DNA from: Bacteroidales bacterium UBA3143
GTDB lineage: Bacteria > Bacteroidota > Bacteroidia > Bacteroidales > Dysgonomonadaceae
Length of the DNA: 64,000 nucleotides
Reading direction: 5' to 3'
Assembly (NCBI GenBank): GCA_002364735.1
Contig: DEZB01000011.1
Location: forward strand, 65,371 to 129,370
Below the pieces are notes generated by a model. That model saw nothing but the letters and a program-made list of their open reading frames with translations. It did no database searches and was not told the origin of the DNA. Positions 39,397 to 48,805 of this stretch are shown one piece after another. The stretch's first letter is position 1. Every line of letters starts with the position of its first letter. A program made the translations under genes and the position numbers.

Positions 39397-40668
39397 ATGA
39401 TTAACGCAATTAAAAATAAGCACTTTATCGTATTAATTTCTTTGATGTTTCCATTTTTAATATTTGGTCAAGGAGCGAGATATACTGGAAACTACAAAAA
39501 ATCTGATCCAATTGAAATTGTAAATAAAAATAATATAATCATCGAAGGATTAGAGTTTAATAATTTAAATGGTATAGCAATTACATTATGGGGATGTAAA
39601 AATATAACTATAAAAAATTGCAAATTCACCAATATAAATATCAAAACTGCAATATATTCAGAAAAAGGTAGCAACGTCGTTGTAACTGATTGTACTTTTA
39701 AAAATGTTCAAGAAGCATTTATAGCTTCTGGCGGTACAGGGAACATAAAATTTGAATATAATGATATTAAAAATGTTTTGGGCAGTTTACGTGGAGGTTC
39801 TGCTTCTTCCCAGGCAGTACAATACAGATACTGTAGTGGTCCTGGCAATAGCATTACATATAATGTAATTGAAAATATTGAAGGTGAAAGCTCTCCTGAT
39901 GATAACATAAATATTTTCTTCTCTCATGGAACCCCAGATAGCCCTATACGAGTAGCAAACAACTGGATTAGAGGTGGAGGACCGTCTGATTCTGGAGGCG
40001 GAATTCTTTTAGGTGATTGGGGCGGTTCATATCAAATTGCAGAGAACAATATTGTGGTCAACCCTGGTCAATATGGCATGGGAATCGCTGGTGGTAATAA
40101 CATGACCCTTAGAAATAATAAAATATATTCAAAAAAAAGAGCTTTCACTAATGTGGGTTTTTCTATTTGTAACTGGACTGAAGATAAGACAACGGGGAGC
40201 TCGTATAATATTACGGTTGAAAACAATCAAGTTAATTGGACTCATCGTGATGGTTTTTTACACATGTGGTTTATTTGGAAAAATATGAAAGATGTACTTA
40301 AAGGTAAAGAAAGTAATATCCAAAATCTAAATTTAGATGAATCACTGCTACCAGATATAATTATAAATAGATCAGGGAATAAAAATAATGGAATTAGTTC
40401 AGTAGAAAATAACTCTACTAATCCTGAATCACCTATCACTCAAGTTTATATTGATAGTTTTAACAGAATTGCTATTAAATATTTTGCTAACCCATCGCCA
40501 CATGCTTATGGTGAACTCTTTACATCTGAGGGACAAAGATTAGAAGCTTTCACACTACCTCGTTTTAATACTGTATTCCCAGGAAAGCTCTCAAAAGGTG
40601 ATTATTATGTAAGAATCACTTACAAGGATTTAGACAAAACTGAAATTAATAAGATTACAATTAATTAA
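39397..40668 (+). CDS. secreted right-handed parallel beta-helix protein with a putative T9SS C-terminal sorting domain (candidate polysaccharide lyase, depolymerase or epimerase)
   Basis: 423 aa. Signal peptide. Repeated ~22-residue I/V-x-N-C-x-F coils (ITIKNCKFTN, VVVTDCTFKN). Gly-rich GGGPSDSGGGILLGDWGG. The last ~80 aa (LFTSEGQRLEAF...LSKGDYYVRITYKD...INKITIN) resemble a type-A T9SS CTD. Confidence 0.6.
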   Translation: MINAIKNKHFIVLISLMFPFLIFGQGARYTGNYKKSDPIEIVNKNNIIIEGLEFNNLNGIAITLWGCKNITIKNCKFTNINIKTAIYSEKGSNVVVTDCTFKNVQEAFIASGGTGNIKFEYNDIKNVLGSLRGGSASSQAVQYRYCSGPGNSITYNVIENIEGESSPDDNINIFFSHGTPDSPIRVANNWIRGGGPSDSGGGILLGDWGGSYQIAENNIVVNPGQYGMGIAGGNNMTLRNNKIYSKKRAFTNVGFSICNWTEDKTTGSSYNITVENNQVNWTHRDGFLHMWFIWKNMKDVLKGKESNIQNLNLDESLLPDIIINRSGNKNNGISSVENNSTNPESPITQVYIDSFNRIAIKYFANPSPHAYGELFTSEGQRLEAFTLPRFNTVFPGKLSKGDYYVRITYKDLDKTEINKITIN

Positions 40669-40705
40669 AACACATTACTTCAACACAATTTTACAAACAA
40701 TTTTC

Positions 40706-41137
40706 ATGAAAAAAGTACATTATTTATTTATAGTTATGCTATTATTTTCCATAGTAGCATGTGAACAATCTTTGGAAAAAGAAAAAATTGAACTCCAAGA
40801 ATACAATACTTTAGTAAACTGGACAGTAAATGCTTATATTGATAATAATATTATTTTTGGTCCTTTTACAATTTCAACTCAAACTGCATCCAGTAAAGAA
40901 GCAATTACCATAAAAGATAATGGTAGTTTTTGGAAATTTCAAACAAAAGCTGAGTTAATTAAATCAACTGATAGGTTTAATGCTAAATCATCTATTAATG
41001 AAATAAGTAGCTTAGGTGCTAAAATCAATATTAATGGAAGCATTTTTGACAAAGATAGTATTAGCTTTGATATACAGTTTGAAGATGATGAAACACCCTA
41101 TGGTTTCACCTACATAATTAGAGGACATCGTAATTGA
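40706..41137 (+). CDS. small lipoprotein of unknown function (possibly lipocalin-like)
   Basis: 143 aa with lipobox SIVAC-EQ and beta-rich composition. 37 nt downstream of the beta-helix gene. Confidence 0.45.
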   Translation: MKKVHYLFIVMLLFSIVACEQSLEKEKIELQEYNTLVNWTVNAYIDNNIIFGPFTISTQTASSKEAITIKDNGSFWKFQTKAELIKSTDRFNAKSSINEISSLGAKININGSIFDKDSISFDIQFEDDETPYGFTYIIRGHRN

Positions 41138-41175
41138 TATAAATAATTTATCATATAGATATTTTCAGTAATTTA

Positions 41176-41210
41176 AAAAGGCTTCAGTAAAAACACTAAA
41201 GCCTTTTTTA
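41176..41210. terminator. bidirectional rho-independent terminator
   Basis: aaaaggctt (41176..41184) pairs with aagcctttt (41199..41207), followed by a T-run. It lies between convergent genes ending at 41137 (+) and 41263 (-). Confidence 0.7.
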
Positions 41211-41262
41211 GATTTTTAAAAACAAATTAGATAAATATTTTTTCTTGTAAAATGGAATTGAT

Positions 41263-42387
41263 TTAATTGATCAGTTTACTCCACTCTTTATTAAAATTGA
41301 ATTTTTTTTCTTTCATCAACGATGGCTTTAAATTTAAATCAATTGAGGAAAGGGATTTCATAGTAGATAAAAATATTTTTAAATTTTCTATCGTGTTTCC
41401 TTTGTCCAAGGGATCAAAGACAATTCCATTTTCTGAAGTTATTAATGATGAAGCACCTGCATACTTTGAACACAATACAGGTAAGCCAAAGATTAAAGCT
41501 TCGTTTACAACTGCACCAAATGTTTCAGATAAACTGGTTAAAACAAAACCTGAAGCACATAAATACCATGCATATAGCTCGTCATTATCATATCTTCCTA
41601 CCAAAATAACTTTATCTTGTAATTTATGTTGCTCTATGATTAACTCTAATCCTTTTTTTTCATCACCATCACCTACAATAATAAAGATCAATTTTTTGTT
41701 TTCAAGCAAATGAGAATGAACTGTACTTAAAAATAATGGGAGAGCTTTCTCAGTAATAAGTCGACCCACAAATAGTAAAACTTTTTTATTATTCAAGTTG
41801 TATTTTTTTGCATATTTATGAGCAATAAACTCGATATTTTTCGAGTTGTTTCTCAATCTTGTTGAACTTTGAAGTATTGGTGATATTATAATATTTTCCT
41901 TTTTAAAATTAAGTTCCTTTTGATAAAACGATGAAACTTCTTGAGACAGTAAAACAATAAAATCCAAATACTTAATTGAATATCCTCTGGCTATAAATCT
42001 TATACCAGATTGTATATTATGACATATATCTAAACTGTCATCAATCATACTCCCTACTTTCTGTTTTAAAAAACCTATTCGTTTTAATAAAATCAAATAT
42101 TGTGTTGTAAAAGAAAATTCATGTCCTATAACTATGTCAGGATTAATGGATTTAATTTTTTTGAACATCCCAAATCGAAAAAAACGTCCTTTATGTCTTG
42201 GACCTCTTATAAGAAATGAGTATTTAAATTTACATTGAGAGAGCAAAAAGCTCTGATCGTATTTAAAGGTCCACAAATTGTCGAAAAGAAAAACTAAATG
42301 CAAATCAAATATCTCATTAAGAGCGTTAAACTGATCAATTCTGTATGGAGCTAAGGCTGGGTGAAACACCAACATTTTTTTTTTCAT
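41263..42387 (-). CDS. glycosyltransferase family 4/1 (GT-B)
   Basis: 374 aa. C-terminal SLSETFGAVVNEALIFGLPVLCSKYAGA E-x7-E region. Divergent from the second flippase gene. Confidence 0.75.
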   Translation of the reverse strand: MKKKMLVFHPALAPYRIDQFNALNEIFDLHLVFLFDNLWTFKYDQSFLLSQCKFKYSFLIRGPRHKGRFFRFGMFKKIKSINPDIVIGHEFSFTTQYLILLKRIGFLKQKVGSMIDDSLDICHNIQSGIRFIARGYSIKYLDFIVLLSQEVSSFYQKELNFKKENIIISPILQSSTRLRNNSKNIEFIAHKYAKKYNLNNKKVLLFVGRLITEKALPLFLSTVHSHLLENKKLIFIIVGDGDEKKGLELIIEQHKLQDKVILVGRYDNDELYAWYLCASGFVLTSLSETFGAVVNEALIFGLPVLCSKYAGASSLITSENGIVFDPLDKGNTIENLKIFLSTMKSLSSIDLNLKPSLMKEKKFNFNKEWSKLIN

Positions 42388-42705
42388 ATGATATAAACAA
42401 AAAACTTAATTTCAATATTAAAGATTTAACAAGAACATAATTAATTATTGAGTATAACAATTGTTTAGTATTTATGTTTTGTCATTAGTTACTAAAAAGC
42501 GAAGTTCATCACTATTGATAATAAATTCAAAAAGTTATTTACAATCATTGATATTTACGTGTTACTTATTTAAACTTTCTGCCACTTTTTCTGTTTAGTC
42601 ATATGAAAAGCGAAGATCAATATTTTGAGTTTACTTTTAAAAAATTCAATTTTAATCATCGCTTAAATATTTTAATAGAACTATCTGAAATTTTAATCCT
42701 TTAAA

Positions 42706-44154
42706 ATGACATTAAGAAAACAAGCCATATCTGGAATGGCGTGGACTTTTGCACAGCAATTTAGTACCCAAGGTATTGGATTTTTAATTTCAGTTGTTTT
42801 AGCTCGCTTATTATTACCGGCCGAGTTTGGAATTATTGGCATGATTGCAATTTTTATGGGTATTGGTGCAGCATTAGTTGATAGTGGATTAGCTTCTTCT
42901 CTAATAAGAACTCCAGAAGCCAATCAAGATGATTTTTCAACTGTGTTTTATTTTAATATAGTTGGTAGTATTTTAATATATTTAATACTATATCTTACAG
43001 CTCCATTCGTTGCTAATTTCTTTAACCAAGCAATACTAACCCAAATAACAAGAGTTTACGGAATCACTTTTATCATCAATGCTTTTTCAACCATTCAACT
43101 AACCCGATTAACACAAATGATGGATTTCAAAACTCAAATGAAAGTTTCTGTGCCAGCATTAATTGGAGGAGGTGTAATAGGAATAACATTAGCATATAGG
43201 GGACATGGAGTATGGAGTTTGGTATGGATGAGAGTATTTCAATCTTTTCTTAATTCCCTACTATTGTGGATAGTTACAAAATGGAGACCCTCTTTGGTAT
43301 TTAATATCGAAAAATTTAAATATCATTTCAACTTTGGATATAAATTGTTATTATCGGCACTTTTAGACACTACATTTACGAATATATACACTGTTATAAT
43401 TGGTAAACTATTCGCTCCTGCACAATTAGGATTTTTTACACGTGCAAACTCAGTAGTACAACTGCCAGTGCAAAACATTTCTGGAGCTTTAAACAAGGTT
43501 ACTTATCCTTTATTTGCCTCCATAAAAGATGATAATGTAAGACTGAAAAAAGTCTATAAGCAAATTATGCAAATGGTGACTTACCTAATAGCTCCAATTT
43601 TAATTATAATGGGGATTTTAGCCACCCCTTTATTCAGATTTGTTTTTACAGAAAAATGGTTACCTGCAGTACCCTATTTTCAAATACTTTGCATTTCTGG
43701 TATTTTGTACCCTTTTCATGTTTATAATTTAAATATTTTGAATGTAAAAGGTAGAAGTGATCTATTTTTAAAACTGGAAATTATAAAAAAAATATTATCT
43801 GTTATTACAATTTTAATTTCAATACAGTTTGGTATGTATGGTCTTTTATGGGGTGTGGTAATATCTTCTGTATTGGCTTTATTTATTAATGCACATTTCT
43901 CAGGTAAATTCATTCAATATTATGGATTTGAACAAATCAAAGATGTATTACCTATTTTGTTAATTGGATCGATTGTGGGTGTTATAGTTTGGAGTTTGGA
44001 TCAAATATTGATATATTATACAATAATGGATCTCTTACGTATTTTATTAGGAGCTTCTTTTGGAGTTATATCATATATCATAATGTCGATTGTATTTAAA
44101 ATAAGGTCTTTTTACGATGTTAAAAATATAATCACAAAAGACTTTAAAGAGTAA
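42706..44154 (+). CDS. second polysaccharide flippase (Wzx/PST family)
   Basis: 482 aa with about 12-14 TM helices. N-terminus QAISGMAWTFAQQFSTQGIGFLISVVLARLLLPAEFG is typical of the LPS/EPS PST family. Confidence 0.8.
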   Translation: MTLRKQAISGMAWTFAQQFSTQGIGFLISVVLARLLLPAEFGIIGMIAIFMGIGAALVDSGLASSLIRTPEANQDDFSTVFYFNIVGSILIYLILYLTAPFVANFFNQAILTQITRVYGITFIINAFSTIQLTRLTQMMDFKTQMKVSVPALIGGGVIGITLAYRGHGVWSLVWMRVFQSFLNSLLLWIVTKWRPSLVFNIEKFKYHFNFGYKLLLSALLDTTFTNIYTVIIGKLFAPAQLGFFTRANSVVQLPVQNISGALNKVTYPLFASIKDDNVRLKKVYKQIMQMVTYLIAPILIIMGILATPLFRFVFTEKWLPAVPYFQILCISGILYPFHVYNLNILNVKGRSDLFLKLEIIKKILSVITILISIQFGMYGLLWGVVISSVLALFINAHFSGKFIQYYGFEQIKDVLPILLIGSIVGVIVWSLDQILIYYTIMDLLRILLGASFGVISYIIMSIVFKIRSFYDVKNIITKDFKE

Positions 44155-44207
44155 CCATATCATTATTAACCAGATATACTATAAATAAACAACAAATTAT
44201 CATTCAA

Positions 44208-44978
44208 ATGAAATTAGGATTAATGCAACCATATTTTTTGCCCTATATTGGATATTTCCAGTTGATTGAGGCAGTAGATAAATACATTCTTTATTCAAAT
44301 TTAAATTTTTCGAAAAGAGGTTGGTCGAATAGAAATAGAATATTACTGAAAGATGGAACTATAAATACAATTACAGTTCCATTAGAAAGGCAAAGTTCGA
44401 GTTTATTGATAAATCAAATAAAAGTTTTTAATAAAATAAACTGGAAAGAAAAATTATTAAAAGCTATATATATGAACTATAAGGGTGCGCCTTATTTTGA
44501 TGAAGTTTATCCATTTTTGGAAAAACTGTTTAAGTATCAATTTGAATATTTGTACGAATTAAATGGTTTTATGATAAAAAACATTTGTAATTTTATTGGT
44601 ATAAATACTAAAATCGAATATGAGAACCAGAATAATTATTCAGAATTAGAAAAAAAACTAATAAATATCGAAAATAATGACTTCCATCAGTTTCCTTATA
44701 TGCAAGAAATTAAACCTGATAAGAGAGTTGCACGTATTATTGAAATATGTCGTACTGAAAATATAAATATTTATGTGAATGCAATTGGTGGTCAAAGTTT
44801 GTATTATAAAAAAATATTTGCAGACCTCGGCATAGATTTAAGATTTATAAAAATGCAAGAATTTGAATACTCCCAATTCTTTAACTCATTTGTGCCTAAT
44901 TTATCTATAGTTGATGTTTTAATGCACAACGGATCAGAAGGCACATTAAACCTAATTCAAAAGTATATATTTGTATAA
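44208..44978 (+). CDS. WbqC-like family protein
   Basis: 256 aa. The hallmark N-terminus MKLGLMQPYFLPYIGYFQLI matches the WbqC family seen in O-antigen loci. The biochemical function of this family is not established. Confidence 0.7.
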   Translation: MKLGLMQPYFLPYIGYFQLIEAVDKYILYSNLNFSKRGWSNRNRILLKDGTINTITVPLERQSSSLLINQIKVFNKINWKEKLLKAIYMNYKGAPYFDEVYPFLEKLFKYQFEYLYELNGFMIKNICNFIGINTKIEYENQNNYSELEKKLINIENNDFHQFPYMQEIKPDKRVARIIEICRTENINIYVNAIGGQSLYYKKIFADLGIDLRFIKMQEFEYSQFFNSFVPNLSIVDVLMHNGSEGTLNLIQKYIFV

Positions 44979-45127
44979 AAGACTATGCATTGAAAAAACT
45001 CATTTAGTAATAATTTATTATTAGATTTCTTTTTCACACCTAATTACTTTATTATTTTAAATAATCTTGGTTGTATAATTATTGCATAAACAACTGCTAT
45101 AACACTTAACTAACACAAATAATAAAA

Positions 45128-46294
45128 ATGAAAACTATACTTATTTTAGTTGCTGGTGAATCAAATTTACCAATTATTCAAGCTGCAAAAAAATTGGGAT
45201 ATTATACAATAACCTGCGATAATAATAAATTAAATGCGGGTCATATTATAGCTGATGAAAATCTTTTTATAGACGTATATGATTATAAGTCAATAATCGA
45301 AGCAATTAAAGATAAAAACATTGATGGTGTAATGTCATTTGTCTCTGCACATGGCTTAAATACAGCTTCCATAATATCTGAATATTACCAATTACCTGGG
45401 TATACTCTATCTGCTTTAAAAACCTTAACAAATAAGGGTTTATTTCGTGATTTTCTTGCAAAAAACAACTTATACTTTCCAACATATCAATGTGTTAATA
45501 ATCTCAATGAAATAGATCTTAATTTAATTAATTACCCAGTAATTATTAAACCAACAGATAAAGGCGGTAGTTTGGGTGTAGTTAAAATCAATACAGAAAA
45601 CGAGTTATTTATTAACTTCCAAAAAACAAAGGAAGTTTCAGATTCAGGTAAAGTGATTATTGAAGAGTTTTTAGAAGGAGAGGCGCTGATTAATGGAGAT
45701 TGTCTTATTTACAAAGGTGAAATTATTTGCAATATGATAGGTAATTATATTTATGATAATGAGATAAATAAAGTTCTACCTATTGCTACTGTTTTCCCTA
45801 CTGAACAAAATAATCTCCCACAAGTCATCAAAGAGATTAATTTGATTATAGAAAGACTAAAAATACCCGATGGAATTATTAATTTTGAGGCAATTATTAA
45901 GAAAGACATTCCATATATTATTGAAATCAACCCCAGACCAAGTGGTAATTATATATGGAAATTAATGGGTTATAAGTATAATTTTGATGTACCCGTTTTC
46001 CTTCTAAATTCATATTTTAAAATGGGAAATAATAAAAATAGCCCTAATAATTTCAATCATAATAGCTATGCTTATCAATTATTATATAGTGGCGAAAAAA
46101 AAATATTTAAGGGATTTAAATCACCTACTGTTATGAAAAACAACATTCTTGAAATAAAATATTTTATGAACGAAAATGAGATTATTAATCCTTTTGAGAA
46201 TTTATTTGAAAGAATTGGAATTCTACTTATGGAATTCAAAGATGATAAGAATAAAAAATGCTATATGGAAAATATTAAAAAATTTAGAATATGA
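45128..46294 (+). CDS. ATP-grasp carboxylate-amine ligase
   Basis: 388 aa. Motifs YPVIIKPTDKGGSLGV, IIEEFLEG and IIEINPRPSG. Confidence 0.75.
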   Translation: MKTILILVAGESNLPIIQAAKKLGYYTITCDNNKLNAGHIIADENLFIDVYDYKSIIEAIKDKNIDGVMSFVSAHGLNTASIISEYYQLPGYTLSALKTLTNKGLFRDFLAKNNLYFPTYQCVNNLNEIDLNLINYPVIIKPTDKGGSLGVVKINTENELFINFQKTKEVSDSGKVIIEEFLEGEALINGDCLIYKGEIICNMIGNYIYDNEINKVLPIATVFPTEQNNLPQVIKEINLIIERLKIPDGIINFEAIIKKDIPYIIEINPRPSGNYIWKLMGYKYNFDVPVFLLNSYFKMGNNKNSPNNFNHNSYAYQLLYSGEKKIFKGFKSPTVMKNNILEIKYFMNENEIINPFENLFERIGILLMEFKDDKNKKCYMENIKKFRI

Positions 46295-46845
46295 CTCACC
46301 TTCCCGATAATTTCTTTATGGAAAAATATGGTATAAAAGTTCGTTTAGTTGTTGAAGACGATGCAGAATTTATTTTATCTTTAAGAGCAAATCCGTATAG
46401 GACAATGCACATGAAAACTCTTAATTACGAAATTGAAAATCAAAAAGAATGGATACGAGAATATAAAAAAAGAGAAAAAGAGGGACTTGATTATTATTTC
46501 ATATATAGTAATAAAGAAGATAAACTACTTGGAGTTAACAGAATTAGTAATATCGATTATGAACACAAGAGGGGAAAGTCCAGCAGTTGGATTGCAGTTG
46601 AAGGTTTAAAATTTGAACCTCTTAAAATGCTAATATTAGGAAATGAAATAGTGTTTAATATACTGGGAATTGTTATGTCATGGGGGGAAGTACATAAAAA
46701 TAATAGCAGAGTTATCAAAATATTTAATCTATTTGGTTATAATTTTATAGAGAGTGCATCAGAATATTATAATTTTACGATACATAAAGATGATTACCTA
46801 AAAGCAAGAGAAAAAAGTTTATTGAAAAATATAATGGCCCATTAA
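46291..46845 (+). CDS. GNAT-family N-acetyltransferase (RimJ/RimL-like)
   Basis: 184 aa. Its start overlaps the ATP-grasp stop by 4 nt. Pattern VRLVVEDDAEFILSLR ... LGV..ISNID..H is typical of the Acetyltransf_3 type. Confidence 0.55.
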   Translation: MTHLPDNFFMEKYGIKVRLVVEDDAEFILSLRANPYRTMHMKTLNYEIENQKEWIREYKKREKEGLDYYFIYSNKEDKLLGVNRISNIDYEHKRGKSSSWIAVEGLKFEPLKMLILGNEIVFNILGIVMSWGEVHKNNSRVIKIFNLFGYNFIESASEYYNFTIHKDDYLKAREKSLLKNIMAH

Positions 46846-46935
46846 ATTACAGATCTATTGAGAAGAATGACTTTTTTATATTCTTAATCAATAACACTAT
46901 GAATGTTTAATAAATATAGAATCTATTTTTTTTAA

Positions 46936-47931
46936 ATGAATAAACTAATTAATATTGCAGACAGAAATATTGATGACAATGCTCTTGTAATAATTGCATG
47001 TACAACATATAACCAAAAAAAATTTTTAAAAGAGACATTAAAGGGTTTTTTAATACAGAAAACCTCATTTCCAGTTGAAATAATTATACACGATGATGCT
47101 TCAACTGATGGGACAAAAGAAATAATACAAGAGTATGAGAAAAATTACAAACATATAATCAAACCGATCTATCAAACAGAAAATCAATATACAAAGAAAA
47201 TTGATATCGTTAAAAAATTCATATATCCTCTTTTAAATGCAAAATATATTGCAATATGTGAAGGTGATGATTATTGGACAGATCCACTAAAATTGCAAAA
47301 GCAGGTTGATTTTTTAGAACAAAATGAAGAATATGGATTAATATATACGGAAATTAACAGAGTAGATGAGGATGGTAGCATAGTAGAAAGTAGGTTTTTT
47401 AAAAATCATATAACTTCTTTTTGTGAAAATTTTGAAGATTATTTGGTTCACGCTCCTTTTATGGCTCCATGTACATGGCTCTTTAGAAAAAGTTTATATA
47501 AAGAAAGAAACAAAAAATATAACGTTGCTGATCTCCCTTTATTATTAGATATTGCAGCGCATTCAAAAATCCATAAATTAGATGATGTTACAGCTCATTA
47601 TAGAGTATTATCTAATAGTGCAAGCCATTTCACAAAATTACATTCATCATATTCTTTTATTAAAGGGATATATCTAATACAAAAGGACTATGCGGAAAAA
47701 TATAATGTTAGTGAAGAAATAAAAAATACAATCAGACTAAATTTTGCTTTGAAATCATATAACTTTGCAGTATCAGAACACGATGTAGATCAAATTAAAA
47801 TATCAAATAAACTATTGAAAGGACATCCAAAGGTGGATTTTAAATTTAAAGTTATTCAACTATTAAGTAAATTTAAATTTGGTCGTCAAATTGTGAGGTT
47901 TAGATTAAAAAAGATTCTTGGATACAATTAA
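46936..47931 (+). CDS. glycosyltransferase family 2
   Basis: 331 aa. Motifs VIIACTTYNQ, HDDASTDGT and CEGDDYW. Confidence 0.85.
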   Translation: MNKLINIADRNIDDNALVIIACTTYNQKKFLKETLKGFLIQKTSFPVEIIIHDDASTDGTKEIIQEYEKNYKHIIKPIYQTENQYTKKIDIVKKFIYPLLNAKYIAICEGDDYWTDPLKLQKQVDFLEQNEEYGLIYTEINRVDEDGSIVESRFFKNHITSFCENFEDYLVHAPFMAPCTWLFRKSLYKERNKKYNVADLPLLLDIAAHSKIHKLDDVTAHYRVLSNSASHFTKLHSSYSFIKGIYLIQKDYAEKYNVSEEIKNTIRLNFALKSYNFAVSEHDVDQIKISNKLLKGHPKVDFKFKVIQLLSKFKFGRQIVRFRLKKILGYN

Positions 47932-48385
47932 AAGTTTTAATGAAAATTGTATTTATAATAGATTTTGAATCACATAAATAAGTCCTTTTTCAACACTACT
48001 ATTATCAAGGCAAATCAACTTATATTAACTATCACATATCATACTGTCCTTTACGCTTCTTTTTCCCAAATCAATGAAATTTTTTTTCCAACATCACTTT
48101 ATTTCAATTCTTTGAAAACCCTTCCAGTATATTCGATCAGAAGCACATTTTGTTTTAGAACTACATGGACTTGTGATTTATATAGTCACTTCGAGAATTA
48201 CAAAATAATACACCTATTTCATAGTTTTTTGAAAATATAGACCAACTTCCAAGTATCTATTCATTCCCCCAATAAACCCTGAATTTTTCAGCCATCTACT
48301 TTTATGAGCATCTTTAAAGAAACCCCTTAATTTGATCAACTCCATAAGGAAGAAGATCTACCAAACCCAACAAACTCGTTATTTT

Positions 48386-48458
48386 TTTCAAAACATTTTC
48401 ACTGCGGTGAAAATGTTTAAATCTGATGAAAATTGCAAACACCGTGGTGAATTTGTTT
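48386..48458. repeat. copy 1 of a ~73 bp palindrome-bearing repeat unit
   Basis: Begins tttcaaaacattttcacTgcggtgaa and ends caccgtggtgaatttgttt. Contains a 12 bp-arm palindrome aaacattttcac/tgcg/gtgaaaatgttt (48391..48418). A hairpin aatttgtt-taa-aacaaatt (48450..48468) plus a T-rich tract follows. Confidence 0.7.
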
Positions 48459-48631
48459 AAAACAAATTGTTTTTCGTTTTCTTGATCAATTATGACCCAT
48501 TTACTATCTAAAAAACCAATTATTGATGTAGAAAGTCTGTTTCATTTGCTGAATTCTTCATTCTTGAGAACTTTTTCCTTTTATCATGGCATTTTTGTGT
48601 AATATATACTCAAAAAAGCATCAATTGAGCG

Positions 48632-48705
48632 TTTCAAAACATTTTCACCGCGGTGAATTGCATTTTCATCAGATGAAAGTCAAATCTACCGCGGTGAATT
48701 TGTTT
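48632..48705. repeat. copy 2 of the same repeat unit
   Basis: Begins tttcaaaacattttcacCgcggtgaa, matching copy 1 at 25 of 26 positions, and ends taccgcggtgaatttgttt. Contains a perfect 14 bp palindrome ttcaccgcggtgaa (48644..48657) and the palindrome tttcatc-a-gatgaaa (48664..48678). Confidence 0.7.
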
Positions 48706-48735
48706 TGTAAATCTTTTTGATTGATTTTTTAATGC

Positions 48736-48772
48736 AAAAAAAAAGATCCTTTCAAATAGGAATCTTTTTTTT
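48736..48772. terminator. rho-independent terminator for the FKBP gene (bidirectional shape)
   Basis: aaaagatcc (48741..48749) pairs with ggaatctttt (48759..48768) with one bulge. It is flanked by A- and T-runs and lies about 35 nt beyond the stop at 48806. Confidence 0.65.
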
Positions 48773-48805
48773 GTATTAAAAATTTTGGTAAATGTGTCTG
48801 CTTAT

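Noticed and set aside
41267-41713. 148 aa plus-strand ORF inside the GT4 gene at 41263..42387
   Set aside because: It is antisense to a glycosyltransferase with clear GT-B motifs. AT-rich DNA often yields long antisense frames, and no motif supports this one.
47965-48240. 91 aa plus-strand ORF after the last GT2 gene
   Set aside because: It has a non-ATG start (TTG), a hydrophobic low-complexity sequence and no motif. The whole 47932..48385 stretch shows only broken reading frames on both strands and is probably degraded sequence.
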